A stretch of DNA of 64,000 nucleotides from Pachysolen tannophilus NRRL Y-2460 (taxonomy: Eukaryota). A program made the position numbers and the translations under genes. The notes under the pieces are model-generated. The model worked only from the letters and a program-made list of their open reading frames with translations. It made no database searches and had not been told where the DNA came from. This document shows positions 53,363 to 64,000 of the stretch, in pieces. The DNA lies in NCBI GenBank assembly GCA_001661245.1, contig KV454015.1, positions 248,001 through 312,000 on the forward strand. The letters are read 5' to 3'. Position 1 is the first letter of the stretch; each line of letters starts with the position of its first letter.

Positions 53363-55633
53363 TTAACTCCAACAAGTTCAAGTAAATCTATTGGTTCGAT
53401 TCATAATATTGCTAGTGGAGCTGCTCATCTAGCGAGCTATTCGAATAATAACCATGGACAGAATGTTCCAATTAAGTTATCGATAAATATTGAGAGTCCT
53501 CCGATAATGTTGTATGGTACTCATTCTGAAAGTACTGGTTCAATTTTAAGTGGGTTATTGAAATTGGAGATTTCGGATGATAGTGATAATTTGGTATCTA
53601 CAAAGAGTGACAATTCTATCAGTTCTGTTATAAGTGGGCATTCAATTTCAGCATCTGCTTCGGCTTTAAGTTTACATAGAACTCGAGATGGTGGTGGCAA
53701 TATTGTTTCAGGGAATGGGAATTCATTTATAACTATTCATTCTGTTAAATTATCATTAATACAAACTATTCAATATGGGAAACCTTTTTTACCTCCGTCG
53801 AATACTTTAGCAAGTTGCGATAATTGTAGGAAATGGACCAATGAATTGGCAAGATGGGATGTGTTGACTCAACCTACAGAATTTGCTAAAGATAGTGAAC
53901 ATGGGTACCCTTTCAGCCATTTGATTCCAGGTTCATTGCCTGCAACAACTTCATTATCAAATTTTAATAATATTATCAATTATGAATTGGTTTGTACCGC
54001 TGTATATAATAACACTAATTCTAATAATGGTGGTAGCTCTTTGGTAGTAAATTCGAAAAAAAATAACAAGACAGAAGTTATAAATATTCGTTTACCAATT
54101 GTCATAAAAAGATCTATACTAAGAGGTCCTGATAGAAATTCATTAAGGGTTTTCCCTCCAACAGAAGTAACAGCTTCAGCTGTATTACCTAATGTAGTTT
54201 ACCCAAAGTCTTCATTCCCCATTGAATTAAAAATGAATAATGTTTCTAGTAATGGAAGAAGATGGAGAATGAGAAAACTTAATTGGAGATTAGAAGAGAG
54301 TATAAAAACTAGAGCTCATAGTTGTGATCAACACAAGTTTAAGTTGAAAGTATTAGAAGAGCATACCAGAAAAATGAATCTTCATTCCAAGGCAGCAAAT
54401 ACAACCCCCAAGACAACAACCTCACATTCAAATATTAACTCATCAAGTGTATTATCTGCACAAGTTTCAGCTCCCCCACCACAACCAACTGATTCGTCTT
54501 CATCCTCGCAACAGCATGATCCAAATCCGGCTGAATTGACTGCATCAGAATCCACTTCCGAAAACCAAAATACACTTGAACACCTGCATCCAAATGCTCT
54601 AGACGAATTATTGAATAATGACGAACATGTGCCGCCTTCCAATCAGCAAGGAGGCATTACTGAAGGATCACCACAATTGCCCGGTGATCAACAACAACAA
54701 CAACAACAGGTTAAGCATTCATTATATTTGGAAGAAACTAGGACAATATCACACGGAGATGTTAAATCAGGTTGGAAATCGGATTTTAGTGGGAAAGGAT
54801 CCATTGAACTAGTTGCAGAGATTTCGTTAATGAACTTGGCAACCATTGGTTTATCCGCTTCATTGAATTCTTTGAACCATATCTCATCAGCAAATGCAAA
54901 ACATCCTATTTTTAATATTAAAAACTTACTTTCGAATATTCAATCAAATTGTTCTTGCGATATGTATGATGATACTTTAGGTGTCTACGTCTCTCATATG
55001 TTGATAGTGGAGGTTGTGGTCCTGGAAGAATTATTGCACCCTGGTGTAGTATCTTCTCATCATGCTTCTAATAACTCTTTGAAACCAGTAAAATCAAAGT
55101 TAAGCAAAGAAAGAGATAATAGATTAGCAGAAATTTCTCCAGCTTATGCAAGGACAAGTCCCCAGCCACTGCCATCTGATTCCAATAATCAGCTGGAAGA
55201 TCATGCTTCATCACTGATGGAAGGTGACTCTGGTAGTAGTAGCAATAGCAACGTAGTTGGAATTCCAACAGGATCAGCCAGGGTCTTACGTATGCAATTT
55301 AGAATCGTGTTAACAGAAAGATCTGGATTAGGAATTGCTTGGGATGATGAAGTCCCACCAACTTACCAGGATGTTAGAGCATTATCGCCGCCTTCATATA
55401 ACCAGTCAGTTTCTAATTTACCGCAACTATTAAGTGGAGAAAATGGAGATATGTCGGTTTTAATACAACACCCTTCACCTGCTCATACGAGATCATTTAC
55501 TAATGTTCCTGGGAACACTCCGGGTGTTCTTTACGGTATAGGTGAGACTCCAGGTGTAAATTCGGTACGCAGAGGAGTTACAATTGACAACTTAGATCAC
55601 TTTGATGAAAATTTTGAAGAACTTAATTTATAG
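53279..55633 (+). CDS. LDB19: Arrestin-related trafficking adaptor Ldb19/Art1
   Basis: Motifs ESPP..LYG...STG, YPFSHLIPGS, SLRVFPPT, WRMRKLNWR and GI.WDDEVPPTY; PPxY motifs. Confidence 0.9.
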
Positions 55634-55968
55634 TGATACAACCTGTTCATAACTTGATCCAATTTATTTCTACAAGGAATTAATTCTTACTTTTTTTTTT
55701 TGTTTTAATTCTTTTACCTTTAGCTAATAGTAAAAAGTGATATGGAAATACGAAAACAAAAACTTGACACAAATATACGAAATTAAGATTAGAAATAAAA
55801 AGAAATAGTACGTAAAAGAAAACTGAAAGGAAAGTGGAAAGGAAAATAAATTAAACAAAAACTAAATTCAAACACATAAAAAACATGAAAAATTCCAGAT
55901 GTCAAAGCAACTACTTATATTACAAGAACAAAAAATTAAAACAGAAACAAACCAGTAAAATGAAAAAA

Positions 55969-58443
55969 TTAAGTTCTTCTTGATCCTGTTCTAAAGTCAA
56001 TCTTACCTTCTTTCTTCCCAGTTGTAGTCTTTTTAAAATCAAATCTCGTGACTAATGGAATATGATCAGAAGGAAGATTAGCATCCGGTAAACCAAACCT
56101 TTGTTTCAGGTATTCAGGATCAACCTTATCTAACAAGCATTTAACTTGTAAAGCAGGAGTCGAATACCATATATAATCAAGAACATCAGTGAAGGTTGGT
56201 GTCATATTTGTGAAGGGTAATTCACCAATACTTTTATATGCTGACTTCAAATTAAAAGGATGATGGAAACCCTCTTCAGTAAATTTACCATAATTTCTAC
56301 CAACAAGATCATCATGTTTTAAAACAGAACCTTGTGATAATAATTCATAAACAGCACTATGAAGTTGAGAATTAAAATCACCACAAACAATCATTGGACA
56401 AGTTTTCAATTCTGAATTTTTACAACCCAAGTAATTTTTCAACATTTGCTGTAATTCTTCCAACAATACACAAACCTGCATTGCCTTAACATCATTATAA
56501 ATTGGATTCCAATGTAAATGAGTGTGTGCAACTAGTATTTTCTGTTTTGTTTCTTTATGATTTAAAAATGAAATTAAAGCTATTTCATCCTTGGTTGTGA
56601 ATCTATTAAACAAATCACTTGTTTTCTCAAATTTATCCTGAACCAAGACAACTTGTCCATATTCCAAGATTCTATTGTCAATAATATCAAATTTGCTAGT
56701 TTTATAAAAAGTTGCGCAACCATCCACCTTTTTAGCAGCTTTTTCATTCATTGTCTTTGCTCTAGTTTTAGAACCAAAATTTCCTTTATAACCTTGACTT
56801 TCCATTAATGGTACCCAATATTCTTCATATGTCCTTGTTTCCACTTCTTGTAAACATATGATATCTGCCTTAAACTTTAAAATTTCTTGTGTTAAAAGGT
56901 TTCTTCTATATTCCCAATCTAATGCCCATGATGGAGTATAACGGTACATCTTAGGTGTAGCATAATGTTGACATAATGTATTGTAAGTCATTACTGTAAA
57001 ACCATTCGGATCATTTTCCGAAATTGGTAAAAATTCGAGTTCATGAATTGCTTCATTCTCTGAAACAGGTTCACCATCTTCTGCAATATAAACCCATTCT
57101 CTATCTTTTGGAGGTGCTGGCTTTGGAGCATTATCTCTCAAATGTAAAATTAATCCTTTTGTACCTTTCTTTGCTATAATACTTATCAAATCTTGATTCA
57201 TCGAAGGGTTACCTTCAATACCTAAAAATTCCAATTCAAATAATGTTCCAAATTCAAATGGAATTGTACTTAAATTATTATCAAAAGCATAAATATATTT
57301 TAAGTTGAATAATAAACCTAATTCTGGTGGAAACTCAGTTAATAAATTACTAGAAACATCCAAATATTTCAAATTTTTTAATCTTGAAATTGATTTTGGT
57401 AAACTAGTTAATCTATTACCATTTAAATATAATTTACTCAAAAATTGGTAATTAAAAATTTTTAAAGATAAATTCATTATCTCTTGACCACTTAAATCCA
57501 AACCAGTCCACCATTGTTTATTATTTTCTTTTATTCTTATTCTTTGTTCATGTTCTTCTTCATCTACAGAATCATTTGTTAATTTTTTATTTTGAAGTAA
57601 AGCATTATCATGATTTAAAGAATTTGCTTCTTGTTGATCACTAACACTACTTATCAAACTAGCAGTTAATTCAACTAATGTTGTTGGTCTAGAAGATACA
57701 TCCGAAATACCATTAGAAATTTTATTTGAAGGTTTCTTTGCTGAAATTGCAGCTTGTTTTGCCCAATAATGAGGTGTTTGATTTGCAATTCTAGAAGTTT
57801 GGCACAACTGAACTTGATGTTTCCAATAAACAGAAGTATTAGCACCACTATCTAAATTGATGCTCTGGAATTGCAGTTGAGACAGCAGTTGGGGTTGCAG
57901 CTGCTGCAATTGCGGAGTCTGCTGTTGCTGTAGAGGCTGTTGTTGTACTAGGTGCAGCAGCAGCAGCAGCAGCAGCAGTTGTTGTTGCTGTTGTTGCTGT
58001 TGTTGTTGCTGCTGCTGGGCATGTAGTTGCTGTTGAAAATGTTGCAATTGCTGTTGGGCAGTCTGTTGTTGCTGCTGCTGTTGTGCTTGAGGTTGAGGTT
58101 GAGGTTGATTGTTCAACCTTTGATACTGTCCTTGATATAAAGTCTGAGCCAATATATTTGATGCATTCATCGATTCATTTTGCTGCTGTGGTTGTTGTGC
58201 TTGAGGTTGTGGCTGCATAAAAGCATCTTGAAGACCATTGAACTGAGGTTGCTTCTGTTGAGTTTGTTGGCTCTGTTGTTGTAATTGTTGTAAAAGAAAA
58301 TGATGAGGTTGTAATTGTTGTTGTTGCTGCTGTTGAGCTTGAGTTTGGCCTTGGGCTTGACCTTGACCTTGACCTTGAACCTGGCCCTGACCCTGGCCTT
58401 GGCCCTGCAGTTGCTGTTGTTGAAATTTTGAGTTGATATTCAT
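55969..58443 (-). CDS. CCR4: CCR4-NOT deadenylase Ccr4
   Basis: Poly-Q N-terminus, LRR domain and EEP nuclease domain (YNTLC, CLQEV, CGDFNS, LDYIWYS, PSDH). Confidence 0.97.
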   Translation of the reverse strand: MNINSKFQQQQLQGQGQGQGQVQGQGQGQAQGQTQAQQQQQQQLQPHHFLLQQLQQQSQQTQQKQPQFNGLQDAFMQPQPQAQQPQQQNESMNASNILAQTLYQGQYQRLNNQPQPQPQAQQQQQQQTAQQQLQHFQQQLHAQQQQQQQQQQQQQLLLLLLLLHLVQQQPLQQQQTPQLQQLQPQLLSQLQFQSINLDSGANTSVYWKHQVQLCQTSRIANQTPHYWAKQAAISAKKPSNKISNGISDVSSRPTTLVELTASLISSVSDQQEANSLNHDNALLQNKKLTNDSVDEEEHEQRIRIKENNKQWWTGLDLSGQEIMNLSLKIFNYQFLSKLYLNGNRLTSLPKSISRLKNLKYLDVSSNLLTEFPPELGLLFNLKYIYAFDNNLSTIPFEFGTLFELEFLGIEGNPSMNQDLISIIAKKGTKGLILHLRDNAPKPAPPKDREWVYIAEDGEPVSENEAIHELEFLPISENDPNGFTVMTYNTLCQHYATPKMYRYTPSWALDWEYRRNLLTQEILKFKADIICLQEVETRTYEEYWVPLMESQGYKGNFGSKTRAKTMNEKAAKKVDGCATFYKTSKFDIIDNRILEYGQVVLVQDKFEKTSDLFNRFTTKDEIALISFLNHKETKQKILVAHTHLHWNPIYNDVKAMQVCVLLEELQQMLKNYLGCKNSELKTCPMIVCGDFNSQLHSAVYELLSQGSVLKHDDLVGRNYGKFTEEGFHHPFNLKSAYKSIGELPFTNMTPTFTDVLDYIWYSTPALQVKCLLDKVDPEYLKQRFGLPDANLPSDHIPLVTRFDFKKTTTGKKEGKIDFRTGSRRT

Positions 58444-59278
58444 TTATACTCGATTAAGTGAGTTATCTCTCACTCTTCTCTTATCTTATCTTAATTATTT
58501 CACAAAGAAAAGAAAAAACAAACAAAAAAAAACCAAACAAATAAACAAACAAACCAAAAAAAAAAAAAAAAAAATGCAATAAACTTTGTAACCAGTATCA
58601 CCTTGTATTAGTCAATATACATCTGACACTTCCAGTAGAAACAAATAATACTTAATTGATGATTTTATACGGACGTTTTGTTTTTATTTTTATTTTCTTT
58701 TTTAATCACTGTTTAATTTCCAATTCCTCGTTCTTTCCCCATCAACTTAACTTTCCCAATATCTTGAAACCAATCAAAAAAAATTTCCAGCTTGAATTCA
58801 ATCAATTATTTGATTAAAAATCTTAGCCGCCGTTAACTTTGATTTTCGTATATTACGAACAACTGATGTATTAACCGCCAATACACTTAATTATATAAAA
58901 TTAAATGAATTTTTCTCTTTTTTCTTTATTTTTTTTACTTTTTTTATCCTTTCAGATAACCAATAAAACACTTTTGAATCAAAATCCTAAACACAACAGA
59001 TTAGATTCAATAAAATCTCTATTAGATTATATTATTTTTGTAATTCTATATCTTCATTTAAAAGAACCTCATCATCCTCTTATTTTCAACACTTTTTTCT
59101 TTAGAGGGCAAATACGTGTATAATTTCGAAAGAAGAAAAAAAAAAAAACATCGTTTTTTACCCGGCCGAAAAGTTTCAGTTGGAGAGCAACGACAAGAGG
59201 TGATGATTGGGAGAAGATGAAGATGGAAAGATGGAAAGATGGTATATTTAGCTATATAGGATGTATAGGATCTATTTT

Positions 59279-60253
59279 CTAGGCTTTGCTTTTGTCTACC
59301 TGTAGGCTTTTGGAGACACTTATCAACCTGTTGTGGCCGCGTAGCTTGTATTTGAAGGAACCTCTTATTAAGAGTTTGAAATTTTCACTTATGATAGGAT
59401 CCAAGTTCAATTTGAATTCTGTTAGTTTGATTTGACCTATGGAAACTGTTGGTTTGATTTCGTCTTTATGGAACAAGTTGTGCCATAGGTCTCCGAGTCC
59501 TTCTGTGGATATGTGATGGTCGAGGTTTGGATTGTTAATGGGTGAGCCATAATTTTTATTATTCATCAAACCTGGGAATTGAAGTGGTACAAAGAATTCT
59601 TTCACGTTTCCTAGTAAGATGGTTTTCTCTAGTTTTGGTTTTGCTGATAGCAGTTTATTTAATGATGATTCACTATCGTCTGGATCATCGTAGTGTGAAG
59701 TTTGAATGAAAATATCCAAATCAGATCCATCTATTGAAACGTCTTGAAGGTTATAATTTTTGGCCATACAGTTAACATCAAAGATTAACATATTTTCTGT
59801 TATTATTAATCTCTCAATTTTTCTAATTTCAAAATTTGCAATTGGATTATCCATAAATTTAATAACAAAAATCTTATTCAAAGAAAAAATTAAAAATCCA
59901 AAGATTAATAAATTTATGATAATTTTGAAAAATTTTAACAAAAAATTTTGTGTCTTGTTATAACGAATCTTTGTAGAAACATAATTATGAGGTGAATAAT
60001 TGTTATTCATAGAGCCATAAATCGGATAATAATCTTCGTCATAATAATCATTTATCAATTTTCTTTCTCTTGAAATTTTGTTATTCTTAGCTCTAATGCC
60101 TTGACTATTATTGTTAACATCTCTCACATTATCGTTATTGTTATCGTTATCATTATCATTATCATTAGTGAAATGGAAACGAGAGTTCCATTCTATATTA
60201 TTGTCTTGAACATCAAAGTTGGAATGATAAATATAATCGTCGTAACCATTAAT

Positions 60254-60284
<31 letters not shown>

Positions 60285-61933
60285 TTGCTAATGTTAATGT
60301 TACCATCATCATTGTTGTGGAAATAACGATTTTTACGAACACTTGATTTATTATTCCCATCGTTAAAATCATCATAATTATATCTGCTATCATAATCTCT
60401 GTCTTCATTTAAATCATAATCTTCGTAATCATCTAAAGAATTACCAAATGAAATTTTTTTTTTCACATATCTTTTATCACCATTAAATAAATTATTAGAA
60501 ACATTTCTAACTTGTGAAACAATTAGATTTCTAGATTCGTTCACTTGATCATACTTATTATCTCCACTATTACGATTAATTTTCCTTGCTGATCTAAGCA
60601 CATTTTGTCTTAATGGTGAACTTCTATTTGGTGATCTATCACTTGTAAGGGTACTATTAGCATGACCTGGTGAAATTATCTTAAAAGTGGTATTGTTGGT
60701 ATAATCATCAACACTATTTCTTTCATCATTATCATTGGAAACAGTGGATACAAAACTTTGGAAATCATTATCGTTATCGTCATCTTCCTCATCAGAATTA
60801 TTAGTTATTCCAGAATTTGCACTATGTCGTTTAACAGTTGATACATTTCTTCTTGGTGATAATCCAATTCCTCCTGAGTTTCCAACACCACCGGAATTTG
60901 TACTATGATTCCCCGTATGCAAATTATTCATCATTATAGCATTCTTTGATCCAAAACGCATCAGAGGATGAAGAATTGTGGGATTAGCTGAAACATTAGT
61001 TGGAATTCTCTTTGCTAAATGATTATTACCATTACTTATAATGGCATTATTAGGATTGATATTTGACTGTGTCAGCTGTCCCAAATTTGAATTCGAGTTT
61101 ATAGAATCATTATCCGTTAAAACAGTTCGACTAAAAGCTCTAGGAGCTGCTGAATTGGAACTATTCAATACATTCGAGGGCTTATTTAAAACACTCGATC
61201 TAAATGAATTCTTATGGATCAATATAGGTTTCTCAGCATTTGCTGTTTCTCCAACTAATTGTATCTCATTAGTACTATTATTATTACTATTGGTCGCTGT
61301 CAACGTATTAACTGCAGATGCACTAGGCGTATATAAATTATTTGTAGATGATGGTACCGTGGACGTTACAGGCAATGCAGTGGTCTTTTCATAAACAAAC
61401 GTTTCCTCACTATCTGAACCTTCATTCTTATTACTGGCATTCGTTTTAGAATCAACATCATTATGACCACCAACTTGTTGATTCTGATTCCCAACAATAT
61501 TACTCTCATTATTTAAATGTACTGATTCACTTTCTAAATTTACAAAATTGTTATTATGTCCACTGACTTGCTCTGATTCAGATACAGAAGCATTATCGAA
61601 AAACAATAAAGCCTTCTGAGTCTTATTTGTAGTAGTATTCACAATCTCTTCTTCAACTTTAAAATTAGCAGTTGACTTCTTTGTTTTACTTTTGTTTACT
61701 CCAACTATATTATTATTATTAGGTACCACTTTAGGAGATGTTGGCGTCTGTTGTTTTGGTGAAACCGAATTTTCCTCCACTAATACCGGCTGTTTCCTTT
61801 CCCTTGAAGATGACGAGTTTTCCTCCACGGAAGAATTCATCAGACCTCCTCCTACTCCTCCTCCTGTATCTGGTCCTGGTCCTGGTCCTGGCCCTATTCC
61901 TAATCCTAGTCCCGGTGTCTCTTTTGTCATCAT
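59279..61933 (-). CDS. VAC7: Vacuolar Fab1 activator Vac7-like membrane protein
   Basis: Motifs SDSEETFVYE and SPHNY before a single TM; lumenal domain with TILLGNV.EF..PLQF.G. Confidence 0.8.
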
Positions 61934-62249
61934 CAACTATAGTTACCTAATGCGCGTCTATTCCAGCATTCAAAAACAAAAAACCAAAACCGTGTTTTAA
62001 CTATTATCAGATCTAACCCTATCCACCTATCCACCTATGAATGTCAAGACAATAAGTCAACTTCAACTTATATTATGAAAAGTTCAATATTATCATCAAT
62101 ATTAAATCAATTTTTTTATTATTATTAAAATAAATATATGTAAAAAGTGAAAAAAATAATTAACTAAAGAAAATGAAAAAAAATTGAAAATTGAAAAATT
62201 TAAAAAAAATTTTGTTAGCAAAAAAATCATCAAAAAGTTCAACAACTTT

Positions 62250-63779
62250 CTATTGATAACCGACTCTTTCAAAGGCAAATGCCAAGTAGAAACAGCTAGC
62301 TTCGTATTCATCACCTTCGATTCCATAAGTTCCATCACTTCTTCTTATTCCTTCTAGTAGTCTTCTGTTTAATTTGTAAAAATAATTTGGGATTTCTTCT
62401 TTAAATAAATCTCCAAAATTTTTTTTGTATCTTAAAGATAAATCGTATTCTTCGGCTATACTTCTAAAAGCTTCAAATGGGACAACGTACTCAGGAACAT
62501 TGTCAACAGCATCTTTTAAGAAATATGTGTACATGTTGCCGTATGGTTGGGTGAAATAACCATCTTTTGGGGGTGGATGTTCAAAATCAACACTATATAT
62601 TGAATTCCCCCATTTTGTTTCACCTTGTGGTAAATTCTTAATTTTATCAGCAATGAAATCAGATGATGGTATGGTACCTATGAAATGACCTCCAATCTTC
62701 AAAGATTTGGAGACATTTGAAAGCATTGTTCGAACTATTTCTTCAGAACGAAATCCATAATGCATACAAAATTGCATAGAACATATATCTACTGGCATCA
62801 ATGTAGTTATCTCTGGGAATGGCAGAAGAATCTCTGTGATACTATTTCCAAAGCAATCTGCAGTTATAAAGAAAGATTGAAAATTAGCCTGATTTCTGGT
62901 TGAAATTGTCTTGTACCTACGAATGGCTTCAGTGATGGAATCAGATGAAATATCAAGACCAATATAAGTTGAAACATTTGCTAAAGCCCATTTCTGTAAA
63001 TCTCCACCTTTACCACATCCTAAATCAATGACAGAGTCATTCAGTTTACCAAACTTGTTAATCAATATATATTTAATACAATTGTTGAAATTACGTAATT
63101 TAATGATGGGTGAAGTTCTTCTATTTTCACGTCTCGCCAAATGCGTTCTTTGATTATAATGCTGCTTCACTATATCATCAACCTCTAACTCTCCTGAATT
63201 AATCAGTTGTACTCTCTTAAGATTCGACTCTATCATTTTCTGTTCTTTTAAATCTTCTCTTTGACGAATCAATTCTGCTTCTTTTAATTGATCTTCAAGA
63301 TTTCCTCTTCCTTTCCTTTTCTTCAACTTCCTACCTTCATTGTTCGTAGTGGTAGTTGCCTCTACCCGTTGAGAAAATTTGGCAAATTCATCATCTTTCA
63401 TCCAAGCAGGCTTATTAGGAGCCAGTCCTACCAGTGTTGTAGGCAGTTTTGGTAACTCCTCTTTCTCATCATTTTTTTCGTTATTTATATCCAAATCATC
63501 TCTTCTTCTTCCCATCAAAGCTTCTTCGTTATTCAGTCTCTTCATATGATTTTTCTTCCTCTCTTCATCTCTATTACGAAGCGAATACTCCTCATATAAC
63601 GAATCTTTAGTACCTTTTATAAGCATTCTTCTTCTAGGTTTTGAAAGTTCACTAGCTGTAGTTGTTCCCGCCTTAGTTTCCACTTTTTCCACTTTTTCCA
63701 CTTCTGTCTTCATGGCAATACTGTCTTCTGGCTTACCATTATCAGCCAAAACCTCATTTTCTCCTCCTTCATTCGACAT
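62250..63779 (-). CDS. ABD1: mRNA cap guanine-N7 methyltransferase
   Basis: Motifs HYN, SPIIKLRNFNN.IKYILI, DLGCGKGGDL.KW, QFCMHY.F and VDNVPEYVVPF. Confidence 0.96.
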   Translation of the reverse strand: MSNEGGENEVLADNGKPEDSIAMKTEVEKVEKVETKAGTTTASELSKPRRRMLIKGTKDSLYEEYSLRNRDEERKKNHMKRLNNEEALMGRRRDDLDINNEKNDEKEELPKLPTTLVGLAPNKPAWMKDDEFAKFSQRVEATTTTNNEGRKLKKRKGRGNLEDQLKEAELIRQREDLKEQKMIESNLKRVQLINSGELEVDDIVKQHYNQRTHLARRENRRTSPIIKLRNFNNCIKYILINKFGKLNDSVIDLGCGKGGDLQKWALANVSTYIGLDISSDSITEAIRRYKTISTRNQANFQSFFITADCFGNSITEILLPFPEITTLMPVDICSMQFCMHYGFRSEEIVRTMLSNVSKSLKIGGHFIGTIPSSDFIADKIKNLPQGETKWGNSIYSVDFEHPPPKDGYFTQPYGNMYTYFLKDAVDNVPEYVVPFEAFRSIAEEYDLSLRYKKNFGDLFKEEIPNYFYKLNRRLLEGIRRSDGTYGIEGDEYEASCFYLAFAFERVGYQ

Positions 63780-64000
63780 TACAAAGTCACTTTATTATAT
63801 ATTAAAATTATTGAAAAATAATACTCACACCAGTTTTATTATTATGGCTTCTAAAATTTGATGGACATTCAAAATGGAGAGAGGTAGTGTAAATTGAAGC
63901 CAAACAAAAAAATGGAGAGAAGCAAATGGCAGCGACAACGACGGTGATAACGACGGTGATAACGTCTGTTTTAACGGCTGTGTCAACCATTTTGTTGACA

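Noticed and set aside
60101..60408. Ile-rich ORFs over VAC7
   Set aside because: Off-frame or antisense readings of AAT/GAT repeats.
1..64000. CUG-Ser (Candida-type) code; also CRISPR arrays, transposons, tRNA and rRNA
   Set aside because: Conserved CTG positions fit Ala better than Ser. I saw no repeat-spacer arrays, LTR/transposase ORFs or tRNA/rRNA signatures.

Overview
This is an AT-rich, gene-dense window from a budding-yeast (Saccharomycotina) nuclear genome with about 30 protein-coding genes. They include PTA1, HOS1, ALG1, CMD1, AIM3, IML3, ISA2, FUN26, SNZ1/SNO1, PEX15/26-like, TPD3, PMU1-like, NTG1, PTR2, a bHLH factor, PIF1, SEC39, MRPL4, a GGQ release-factor homologue, a Zn2Cys6 factor, MCM5, ECI1, PUT7-like, SMD2, GUF1, a BAR-PH protein, LDB19, CCR4, VAC7 and ABD1. 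Three signals stand out. (1) A clean ~1.17 kb inversion (about 1071-2236) breaks both PTA1 and the HOS1 deacetylase; flipping it back restores both reading frames exactly. (2) CTG codons fall at conserved alanine positions in many genes, indicating the CUG-Ala genetic code (as in Pachysolen/Nakazawaea), so the supplied translations are wrong at CTG. (3) A GC-rich, hairpin-dense ~620 bp island between ALG1 and CMD1 looks like an unidentified structured ncRNA. Spliceosomal introns were resolved in CMD1, SNZ1 (two) and SMD2. I found no tRNA, rRNA, CRISPR array or transposon. Gene names rest on recalled motifs and synteny, not on database searches.
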